From Macrostomum lignano (lineage: Eukaryota), in contig NIVC01000704.1 of the NCBI GenBank assembly GCA_002269645.1, positions 79,692 through 143,691 on the forward strand: a DNA stretch of 64,000 nucleotides, given 5' to 3'. Made by a program: the position numbers and the translations under genes. A model generated the notes under the pieces. That model was not told the DNA's origin, made no database searches, and was given only the letters and a program-made list of their open reading frames with translations. Below, piece by piece: positions 1-10,839 of the stretch (its first letter is position 1; every line of letters begins with the position of its first letter).

Positions 1-990
1 AAACAGAGTAGAAATGAGTGGAGAGATTAGACATGACAGATGGGAGAGAAGAGGGGAGTAAGGCGGGAACGAAGGAGAGAGAAGAGAAGAGGAGAGAGGA
101 GATGAAGGGAGAGGATATGAGAGAGGAATTATGAGATAGCAGAGAGGAAACAGGAGAGAGAAGAAAGGAGGGATAAGAGCGTACAGAGGTAATAGAAGAG
201 AGGAAAGAGAGGTGAGAGGTGAGAGGAGAGAGATGAAAGATCAGAGATCAAAGATTTAAGAGAAGAAAGTAGTGAGGAGAAAGAAGAGGGTAAAGATGAG
301 AGTGCAGAGAGGAGAGAAACGAGAGGAGACAGGTGGTAGAAAGGAGTGTAAAAAACAGGAGATAAGAAAGGAGAGGGTGAGAGTGAGAGCATATAGGAAA
401 GTGTAAAAGGGGAGAGAGAATAGATAAGTGAGTAGAGAAGAGATATGAGAGAGGAGAGATTAGAGATTAGAGAAGAGATGAGGGGAAATGAGAGGAGAGA
501 AGAGGGAATGGAGAGAAGAGAAAAGAGAGGAGAGGAGACAGGTAATGCAGTAGAAAGGGAAGAAAGATGGTAGATAAGAAAGGAGAGGGTGAGAGCGTAT
601 AAGAGATACGAGAAATAAGAGCAGAGAGAAGAGAGAAAAGGGAAGAGAGAAAGTAGAGCGGAGACGATAGATGAGTGAGTAGAGATGAGATATGAGTGAG
701 GAGAGAAAAGGGGAGAGATAAGAGAGAAGATAGGAGAGTAGACAGGAGAGGGTACAGACGAAAGACGAGGGAGAAGAGATAAATAAGGGAGTAGAGATGA
801 GAAAAGAGAGAGAAGAGATAAGCGAGAAGAGTAGGAATAGAGGAGAGAGAGAGAGAAGCGAGAGAAGGGAGAGAGGAGGGAGAAGAGAGATGAAAGATCC
901 GAGATGAGAGAGATGAAAGTGTAGAGAGGAGTAATTAGTGAGGAGAAAGAAGAGAGTAAAAATAAAAATCAGAGCGCAGGGCGCAAGAGA
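1..990. repeat. Purine-rich (GA/GAGA) low-complexity tract
   Basis: Almost entirely A/G with degenerate GAGAG units. The minus-strand L/S-rich ORF 129..392 is a by-product. Confidence 0.9.
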
Positions 991-1235
991 TGAGAGATGG
1001 GAGTTGATAGATTGTAGAGGATTTGGAGATGATTTGGAAGATGGGATTCAAGTCATGGAATTTCGGCTGATGGGAGTTCTTCCCCTTCAGAATTCCGGTG
1101 ATGGGAGTTCTTCCCCTTTCTCCTCCGAAGGAGGAGTTCCACTCGTTTTTTCCAAAAATAATAAAAGTCAATAACAAATATAGCAACTGAGTAATTTAAG
1201 TTAAGTAGTTAAGTCAAGTAGTTCAATACGCTAAT

Positions 1236-1414
1236 CAGTGGCGCAACCAGGGGGGGGCGGTCGCCCCCCCCTTAGGCGGGGGACCGAAAAAAATCAAAGG
1301 GGGGACCAAGCGAATTTTCGCCAAAAACAGAGCCACCCCTCCGCCGCCCCCCCCCTCCCGGGACTTTACCCTCAGAATCCGCCCCCCCCCTTGAAAAATT
1401 TCTGACCGCAACTG
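1236..1414. mobile_element. Degenerate MITE-like element, possibly related to the CAGGGGCGTAG family at 10652
   Basis: GC-rich island in AT-rich DNA, starting CAGTGGCGCAACCAGGGGGGGG and ending CCCCCCCCC...CTGACCGCAACTG. Termini are only loosely complementary and there is no TSD. Confidence 0.35.
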
Positions 1415-2010
1415 TGATAACTACTTAGTTAGTTGGGCGCTTTTTATTAACGAATTGGATAAACCTAAGACTCCAATGCTAAATCACAATACCAATGACT
1501 GCTGTTATTAAGAAGACGCTAAGCTACGCTGTGACTCACGACCCAGTAGCCCAAGTAGCCCGAGTTGACCGTCCAACCGTCCTGGCAGCGCGACGCTCTT
1601 TCCAATTTGAATATATTTCATATAAACTAAATAATAACAAAATAAGTACACAACGTAAAAATATACTACTACAATTACAGAATAAGGGATATGCATGAAA
1701 AATAATATAAATACAATATAAAACTATAAGAAATTCCAAATAAAGTACAAGATTCAAAATTGAGCTATAATTTCATTACACCATTTTAAAATATTCATTT
1801 TCTGCGAAATTTATATTCGCATTCTTATTGCAAGCTTACCATACTAGCCTACTTCAAGTCTACTTCTCGGAGCTAAAGTAATCATTAAATGCCAATGATC
1901 AGCATTGACTTACTTTATAAGAATCAGCTGAATTTAAGAGGCAGGGGGTATGTTTATTGTTGGATATACAGTATTACCAACAAAGTATCGTAATCGTATC
2001 AATACTAGTA

Positions 2011-2936
2011 GATCTGATTTTAGGGAAAGTTTTCAGGATTTTTTTAACATTTGAGTATAACTTTTTATCTGGAATGTTCTAGAACTTTTTCATGGGTAAA
2101 AATAGGGTGAACAATTGTACCCTGCAACTGCACTATATGGATTGAACCTTGCTTCAGCTGCGCAGCACTTATATGGTGCAATCTAACCCTTTGACAAAAC
2201 ATCAGCTTCGGCTCTTGATGCTGTCGCTGAATGATTTCCTTTGTGGCAAGAAAGTGGCAAATTTCATCGCTGACATCAACATTGCATTCTGCTCGTCTAC
2301 CATCAAGACCTCTTTGGGGTACAATAGGTACAAGTACAAGCGCTTCAAGAATGGAGAACTGGGCCTTGAAGACAGACCTTGCAATGGGCATCTACCTGAA
2401 CTCAATGACGATGCCCTAGAAGCCCTCCTTGTGGAGAACAATCAGCAGACAACAGGTGAGTTGGCTGATGAGCTGAATATGCACTAGACGGCTATTGTCA
2501 ATCATCTCTGCCAGATACAGATAAAAGCTAAACTTGGGTGTTGGGTGCTGCACAAGCTGGTAGCCCATGACCTGGATAGCCGCATAGAAGTTACCCATTC
2601 TCTCTGCTGCTAGCCCTTGGTTGGGAGGTTCTTTTCCACCCACCTTATAGCCCAGATATTGCACTTACCAACTACCACCTTTTTACTATGCTCAGCCAGT
2701 CTATGGCTGATCACAGCTTCAAGGATGAGGATTTAGAGGTTGAGGAGCATCTGCATGACTTCTTTGACTCTCAAAGCTCCAAGTAGTACTGCAAGGGTAT
2801 CCATTCTCTGCATGCACATTGGCACAATATTATTGCTTCTGATGGAGATTATATTGAATACTAATAAATTAACAATAATAATGATAGTTTGAAGTGAAGT
2901 GACTTAAAATTCTGAGAACTTTCCCTTACAATCAAA
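2011..2936 (+). mobile_element. Internally deleted, decayed Tc1/mariner (mariner-type) DNA transposon
   Basis: Imperfect TIRs: TCTGATTTTAGGGAAAGTTTTCAG (~2013-2036) and CTGAGAACTTTCCCTTACAATCAAA (2912-2936), with TA nearby outside each. Transposase remnants: FKNGELGLEDRPCNGHLPELNDDALEALL (HTH linker), WVLHKL (WVPHEL motif), LGWEVLFHPPYSPDIA (YSPDLAP motif) and a C-terminal FFDS..YCKGIHSL..W..II..DGDYIE. Contains stops and frameshifts, and the segment with the first two catalytic Asp is missing. Confidence 0.9.
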
Positions 2937-3531
2937 TAGTAGTACTATGTATACTTAATGCAACATGCAAAGTGTTTATAGCATTAGCATGTAGCAGAGT
3001 TGACAATAGCCAACAATATAGAATATTTATAGAAATGATTGTTTGTGTTAGTAAAATGTTAGTATTAACAGCCCTTTGAATATATTATTATCACTATTTT
3101 CTCTTACAAGTATTTGGCTAAAAAGATGAAGACACTGCATTATAAAGTCAAATATATATTTTATTGCAAAATTTTTAGAATTAGAATTTGTAATAGGAAG
3201 CTGGCCATCATTATTTACATGGTACTGTATAAATATTGCCAGTGTTATTTAACTTAGGCCTATTGATAAAATAAATAAAATAATATAGAAATAATATGAC
3301 TATTCAATATTTGTCCTTATATTTTTTATTTTCAAAAAAAAGTTTAAACTAAGTCAAAAGATAGAGTTTAGGTATAATTTTTGTGTTTATGGCTTAGCAT
3401 ATTTTTATTAGCTCATACTCATACTATTAATAATGCAAAGTACAAAGAGTATTTCAAAAGAAACAAACAAGAATACAACTCATTCAACTTCAAAAGGATA
3501 TATTTGTGAACATATATAACTGGACCATAGC

Positions 3532-3716
3532 CAGGGACTACTCAAACACCGGGACGGGAAACTAAAATTTTTTTACGAGGCTAGCTGGCAATTATTTTCA
3601 TTAGAGAGATGCTGTGTTACTTTGTTGTCTATGGTTAGGTTATTTTCTACTGCTGATGATAGACCAGCCTCGTAAAAAAATCCTAGTTTCCCGTCCCAGT
3701 GTTTGAGTAGTCCCTG
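3532..3716. mobile_element. hAT-type MITE (185 bp)
   Basis: TIRs of ~52 bp beginning CAGGGACTACTCAAACAC(C/T)GGGACGGGAAACTA. Identical 8-bp flanks ACCATAGC at 3524-3531 and 3717-3724. Confidence 0.9.
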
Positions 3717-4372
3717 ACCATAGCTATAAGTACTACACTGTATAAAACTTGTCTTTATTTTAGCTACCATATTAATAATGACAGTACTATTTACACAGTA
3801 CTATGCAAATAACATATGCCTAGAAAGCTATTCAGCTACATTCTAGGGCCTATAATTAGCAAAGAATGTATGTTTAAGACTAGTAATTAAATTTCATAAA
3901 CACCTAGTATATGAAAACTATATTATGAAAGATGTCTTTAAAACTTTTAAGATCATTGACCTATCTGCATACATTAGCTTACTGTCTAATCTCTTTAATA
4001 TGCAACTCTTTAGATAAGGTGCAAATGTACATCTTTGAGAATACTTGTATTTTAAACCTTTGTGCTATCTATCCTTCCCCTTATTTAAGACATTGACAAT
4101 TTACTTTTCTCCTATATTTCCAATATTACCAATGGTAATAGCAAATCATCATATAAGATTATCTGGCTATTGTTTCTTTTTTCAACTAATATTAAAGCAA
4201 AAAAGCCTCCTAGAAAATTATTTAATTTAATAAATAAAACCTAGTGTATACTAAAATCCTTCCATTAAATTTATAAAATTAAATTCAAATTCTAGAATTT
4301 TATCTAGATTTTTATCTGTTCTATTTTAGGCTCTCATACGAAAATTTCTTACCCATTTTCAGAACATACTCA

Positions 4373-7050
4373 ATGAATTCTCTCGAGGAATCTGCTGAGA
4401 ACATAGATTGGTACAGTAGCAATATCAAGGCGTTTGACTTTGATGAAGGCTCCTCTAAGGTTTGTCTTATGTGACTCTATTCACTCATTCATTTTAGCAG
4501 TAAGTTTACTGGCTGTTTGTTTCTTGTTTTAGAATGGGGGTGTCACATTCTGGGATGACCCAACTCAGGATAAAGTTGCCCAGATAGCAGCTAAAAAAGG
4601 TAATTAACAAATGTTTGCTCATTGAACTTTTTTCTATAATTATTTTTATTGTTACTTAAATGAGTGGTCAAAAAACTTTTCAGGCCCAAGCATTCCAACT
4701 GCTCCAAAGTCGGTCATTGCTGACCAGCCTGCAATGAAATTGATCAGTGAGTGAAGCCCTACCCGTAATCTGTGTTGCAAATAGCTTTAAACCAAATTCG
4801 TGTGCTTTAATTATTAATCCTATTATCGGCTAGCAGCATTATTCTTGCTCATATCTTTTCCATCCACAGAGTGTAGCGGCCCGTGCGGTTTAGAGCTGCG
4901 GCCAGACGACAGGTATTACCATATGTACCTGCCCTACTGCAGGCACTGCCTTATCGATGCCAAACAGCCAGAGAGATTGCCCGCTAAATTCAACACCACT
5001 GTGAGAATACTTTGCGTTGCGGTCTTGAACAGTTGTAGAAACCGATTGCCACTTCCATCCCGCCTACCCGCTGCTTCCATCCCGCCTACCCGCCACTTCC
5101 ATCCCGCCTACCCGCCACTTCCATCCCGCCTACCCGCCACTTCCATCTCGCCTACCCGCCGCTTCCATCCCGCCTACCCGCCGCTTCCATCCCGCCTACC
5201 CGCCGCTTCATCCCACCTACCCGCCGCTTCCATCCCACCTACCCGCCGCTTCCATCCCGCCTACCCGCCACTTCCATCCCGTCTACCCGCCACTTCCATC
5301 CCTCCTGCCATTCACAAAGCCCGCCAGTTCCATCCCGCCTACCTCTCACAGAGCCCGCCAATTGGCCCCCCGATTCACAGCTTCTCTAATGCATTTTTCA
5401 GATCGATCGCGTCAATTTTATCTTACGACAAAAGCTTCGACATCAGGTAGGTGTCTTTGCAAATAGCTAGAAGGCGCTCTAAGTTAACTCCGTATTCGGC
5501 CTACTGTTAGTAGTCTCATTCGCACTTGGCATTTGCAGACGGTGCTAACAGACTGGCTAGGCGACCCATTGTTCCGCAGCATGGAGGGCAAGCGGATTCT
5601 GCTCCAGCAGGCTGTCAAATTCTGCGACGGCGACGCCGTCATCGCCTCGCTGCTGTTCCTCCGGCGCAGCCTGAAGCCGACGGTGTTCAAAGAGGAGGCC
5701 TGCCGCAACCAGCTGCGCGGCCAGGCTGTGCTGCACTGGCTGGCCCACCTGCAACAGGCCGACGAGATCGAGGAGTACAAAGACTGCCTGCTGTCCTACG
5801 TGCCTGCCGCCACTGGCGAGCCGCCCGACATTGACGCCGTGGCCGCCATGAACTTGGATCGGGCGCTGTCTAACAACTCCGACCCGGCCATGCGCGCCTC
5901 CGCCCTGCGCCGCTTCAAGGTTAGCGAGACTGGCGCCAGCCGGGGCCTCCTGGGCGCCGCGCAGACCTGCCTGGACCTGCTTGACAAACAGCTGGAATTG
6001 GATAAGCTTATCAATGAGGTCACGGCTGGCAGGGTGAGTCTGACCTGCTAGGGAGTTTAAGATTTGTTTGTTGCGGGGTGAGATTTGTGTGTTTGATGAT
6101 GAGATTTGATTATTGGCGCGTGAGATTTGTTTGTTGCGGGACGAGATTTGTGTGTTGCGGGGTGAGATTTGTTTGTTGCGGGACGAGATTTATGTGTTGC
6201 GGGGTGAGATTTGTTTGTTTCGGGTTGAGATTTGTTTGTTGCGGTGTGAGCTTTGTGTGTTGCGGGGTGAGATTTGTGTGTTGTGGGGTGAGATTTGTGT
6301 TGCGGGGTTGAGATTTGTGTGTTGCGGGGTGAGATTTGTTTGTTGCGGTGTGAGATTTGTGTGTTAGATGATTAGATTTGATTATTGGCGCGTGAGGTTT
6401 GTTTGTTGAGGGGTAAGATTTGTGTGTTGCGGGTGAGATTTGTGTGTTAAAAGATAAAATTTTATTATTGGTATGTGAGAGTTAAGACTCGTTCTTTGGA
6501 TTGTGAGACTTGCTTTTGTGTGAGATTATGTACTATAGGATCCAGGCCTGTGGCTTGTAGTGTTTCCATCTCCAAGTACGGAGCGCATTTGTGCTCAGTC
6601 TGTAGCAATATTTTCTCCCACTCGCAGCCGGATGTGTACCCCCTGCTCCGCGCTCGGCCGCCCATGACCTCGCTGACATTGAACGCATTCGCTGAGCAGC
6701 TGATGCTGCTGGCGCCCGACCTTGATCGGCTGGCGCCGGACCTGACGAAGCGCAGCCTAGACCAGCTGGCCGGCCTCATGGCCAGCCCGCGCGACCAGGC
6801 GGCCTGGAGCCGCATCACCGCCATTGCCAAGCGGCTCCACCAAGCTGCCGAGGCCGGCAACGAGCGGGAGGTAATGCAGCAGCGCGGCCTGATGGAGGCT
6901 GCCGTGCTGGAGCGGGGCGGCGGCGGCATCAGCTTCATTCAACGACAGCAGCGTCCAGTGCTCAGCTGGCCAATTAGCCGCCAGATTGAGCACCTGAGAC
7001 GACTGGGCGCGAGCGAGACTCTGCTGGAGAAGCTCAAGAAGCTGGGCTGA
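4373..7050 (+). CDS. VIPAS39: VIPAS39/SPE-39 homolog (VPS33B-interacting, CHEVI/HOPS-related trafficking), ~436 aa, 7 exons
   Basis: Exons 4373-4459, 4533-4599, 4684-4746, 4870-5000, 5402-5446, 5539-6033 and 6628-7050; all GT-AG and phase-consistent. The N-terminus DWYSSNIKAFDFDE matches the SPE-39 'W.SSK.KAF.FD' motif. The core KRILLQQAVKFCDGDAVIASLLFLRRSL matches VIPAS39 '[25 protein letters not shown]'. Exons 4 and 5 are the least certain. Confidence 0.8.
5049..5345. repeat. Intronic minisatellite, ~22-bp unit CCATCCCGCCTACCCGCC(A/G)CTT
   Basis: About 13 copies inside VIPAS39 intron 4 (5001-5401). Confidence 0.9.
6062..6447. repeat. Intronic minisatellite, 21-bp unit GAGATTTGTGTGTTGCGGGGT
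   Basis: Tandem copies in VIPAS39 intron 6 (6034-6627). Confidence 0.9.
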
Positions 7051-9153
7051 GCTTGGCTTGTTTGTTATGATGCCACTTGACCCACTTTGCTGATGCGTTC
7101 GATGTAGGTTTAGTTAGCTTGCAGGGCGCTTGTTGGAGGCTGCTCGTTGAAAGCGTTACCGTGACAATAATCGTTTGAGTTAACGGCTCAAACGACTGTA
7201 ATGCGATGGAGAGGCGATTGTTGAGTTGCAGAACTTAGCTTACTACTAACTCAAGTGCACTAAGTAAGAGTTGTTATAAATGTGAAATGTGATTGTAATT
7301 CATAATTCAATGAATCTACAGCGACTCCAGCACGCCTCAGATCCGTTGGCCCTACGGATTTGAATCGCCCATTGGCCCTAAAAGTAAATTTATCTCATTT
7401 TAATCGTTTCGGAAAACTTTTGGGACTTTTGTGTACCCGTGTTGCCGCACTCCAGCTCGGAAAGGAAATAGTCGAGTGTAGGGAATGCTTCGTTACCGTT
7501 TTGGGATTGATGATGGTTCAGAAGACTTCTGAATAGAAATTTTTTTGTTCAACAAATTACAATTAGCTGGAGAAATCGCATTTCTACTGTGCGCTGTTTT
7601 CACATTCCTTTTTCCCACTGCTAGAATAAATTTTGTTTATCCGATAGTCGTCTTGGTTACAAAAACCAAACGCACCGAAAGCTCATCCAGTTCAACTGTG
7701 AATTCAGGTTTTTTGCATACTCCAGAGTTCACTGTAGCACGTGATTATCATAGATCAATGTCTTTTAATGCGCTTGCACGCAGCTTTTTGTATTAACTGA
7801 TAGAACTATTTCTTTGGCGTGTAATCAAATTCGATTCATTGTACTTATAACTATGGCATAACTGCTATCATACCCTAATTCTGTACACAGGTGTATTGAA
7901 TCAGACAACCTGAAGATCTAATAAAGCCAAAAATAGCCAATAATAATCAATAATTGTGTTAATTAATAGAAAAGCTTACTGAAGTTGTTTGGTAAAATTA
8001 ATCCTCTATCTTCTGTTTATATGTATTTCAAAGATGTATATATTTCGGATGTGATGTATAAAACTTCTACAGTACCTTATTTATATTCTCAGATATAAAA
8101 TTTTCATCTACGGTTGTTAGTCTTGCATATGCTCATGCAAAGTTTAACTGATCTACAAGTTGGTTAGATTTATTTGGCTATAAGTTCGTTATTTAATTTT
8201 CTGTCACATTTATACTCGGCAACATTGAAAAGTCGCCACGCCTTTGTGTTCCAGAAAACAACTTCTCGACTCTGATCTCGCTTGCAGGTTGTATTACACT
8301 CGCACTGCACCGCAGGGCCATACATAACGTAGGCACAACGCTGAGCAATAGCTGGTGTAACACAAAAATAAAGATAACATAGTTTATTTAGTTTTGGTAA
8401 AGTTGGCAGCAACATTCGAATTACAATTTGTTTAATTCGGAAAAGTCTTCCTCGATCAGCCCGAGAGAAGTCGCTTACTGCTGGAAAGGGTGGGCGACTT
8501 CAATGTTGCATATGTGTTTTGCATTTGGTTCGAGTTTTATGAACTCTGGGACTAGGTTTTAGTTCAAAGCTGATCATATGCAGCGAATTGGCCTTTTTCA
8601 TGCAATAGAAAAATTCGACCAAACAAATGCATACAAAGCGCTACCTCGCGGACTGCTTCAATGCAGGCTCAATGCAGACTGAAGATTCAAAAATCTCAAT
8701 AACAAATGAAAACATGAACCTCGCTTCACCAAAAAATTGTCAGCTCAAGAGGTATTACTTTAACATTCGACTTCAGTCGCTGCTAATCAGATAGCCCTAT
8801 TGCAAACATGTTCTCTTCAATTTCTGGGACACCTACGGTCTCAGGACAGCTTACCAAAATATTCTGAGATGTATATAACCTAAATTCGTATTAACGCAAA
8901 ATAAGATTAGGATTTTGGAAGCGAAGCTATAAAGACTTCCGGCTGTCCTGTTTTGAGTCAAATAATCTAAAAAAGATTGGAACTCTTAATTGTATCAAGC
9001 TCCGGTAACACCGCAAAAATTAAAAAAAATAATAATTAAAACAACATTTTATGTATTTCTCTTTTAAACAAAATAATAATTGCTATCGACTGTTTATATG
9101 AAAAAAAGTTTATTTTACAATGAAATAATTATATTTCTCAAAGGCGTAAAAGC

Positions 9154-9490
9154 GTCAGCGAATGTCAAGCTGGACCCCCAAAATACACTACGGAGATAGG
9201 AACACAGTTTGCAGGTAAATAACTCGTACAGGCTTTAAGCTAGGGTGCTGATTTTTGACTTGCCAACGCATCTCGCATGCGTCAAGAGAAAAATAAAGTT
9301 TCGTAGCTCTGCGTTGAGTAGAAGTGTCTGTCAGCGAATGTCAAGCTGGACCCCCAAAATACACTACGGAGATAGGAACACAGTTTGCAGGTGAATAACT
9401 CGTACAGGCTTTAAGCTAGGGTGCTGATTTTTGACTTGCCAACGCATCTCGCATGCGTCAAGAGAAAAATAAAGTTTCGTAGCTCTGCGT
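9154..9490. repeat. 176-bp direct tandem duplication (two near-identical copies plus a degenerate partial third at ~9520-9570)
   Basis: GTCAGCGAATGTCAAGCTGGACCCCCAAAATACAC...CGTAGCTCTGCGT at 9154-9314 and 9330-9490. Confidence 0.9.
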
Positions 9491-10651
9491 GTATTTTAAG
9501 CCGTTTTGTTGAGTTGCATAATAATACACTAAGGAGATAGGAACAAACTTTACATGTGAATAATTTGTACAGTCTATTTTTAAATGTCGAGATATTTTAC
9601 GTAGTTTTTTTTCTTGATTGCGTCAAAGTTTTTGTAAAAATTTAAAGCGTTTTGTTCAAGTAAAGAAAAGTTACAGCGGCTTTGTTAAAATTTGAATGTG
9701 AATCTGAATGTCAATCGGGAAATGAATACGTAGTTTTCTTTAGTATCATAGAGGCAGGAACATGGTTTTAATTTTAGTTTAGTTCACGTACGTCCATGGC
9801 CTACTTTGTTAAATTGTTTTGCGTATTGAGTTGATCCTTTTTTCGATGAAACCTTATTTAATCAGTTAAGCCTTAAGGTTGGAATGGAATTGCAATACTA
9901 ATCCTTGTGCTTGTAGTCAAGTCATTGTGGGTCCTGGACCTGGTCTTGTGTTTTTATGATCAGGCCAGGTTGATAACATACCTTTATGTCCGAAAATTTT
10001 TCCTCTGACATTATTTAGATAAATTGCAATACAACTGGGTTTGTATAACTATACAACTATGCTCATCAGTTGCACACTGTGTTTGCCAATTATATACCTT
10101 GATTTTCCATGAAATCACAATAAATCACAAAGTCAAAAGTAAAGCTCTAAAAGGATATTCAATTTTATAAAAGATATCTAAGTCTAAGACTACAACAACA
10201 AAGCTTCTAAAATTTGAAATGCTAGCTATTAGTTGTAATCAATTATTCTCTTTTTATTAGTATTAGTATTTACTAATCTATTAATTTTTTTAAACTTATG
10301 TATGACCCACTATGATATGAAAAAAAACAAGAAGAAAATAAAAAAGTAGAAAGGCCCTACAATGCCACATTCAGGATCATGTTATTTCCACTAGAAATTT
10401 CTAGTGCACATTAGTGTTAGCTATCATACACTTAGTATTCAATTTTCTTGAAAAGTCTTGTGGCAGGTATATGCTTAGATTTAGGATTATGGTATAAAGT
10501 GTGTCACTTTGTGTCAAAAAAGGCTGCACCAAGCTTGTACAAGCACAAAAATTTACATTAATTTTATAACAATTTTTTGTATTTTCTCACTTAGTCTATT
10601 ATATCTAAGCCATTCTAAGGTAAGGATAGAGAAAGTTTTCTTGGAAGTTGG

Positions 10652-10839
10652 CAGGGGCGTAGCCAGGAATTTCCTACGGGGGGGGGATACACCAAGGTGA
10701 ATTTCCTACGGGGGGATACACCAAGGTAAAAGTGCTCACATGGTTGCATGTATAGCGAAAAAGGGCAACAAAAAAGTTTTGGTCAGGCTCTTCGGGGGGG
10801 GAAAAATCCTCTCTGATCCCCCCTTTCCCTACGCCACTG
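10652..10839. mobile_element. hAT-type MITE (188 bp)
   Basis: Termini CAGGGGCGTAG and CTACGCCACTG. Identical 8-bp flanks GAAGTTGG at 10644-10651 and 10840-10847. Internal ~31-bp tandem duplication (AATTTCCTACGGGGGGGATACACCAAGGT). Confidence 0.9.

Noticed and set aside
8219-8510. Possible MITE bounded by GCAACATTGAA(AA)GTCGCC inverted repeats
   Set aside because: The match is ~18 bp with indels and there is no TSD, which is too weak to call.
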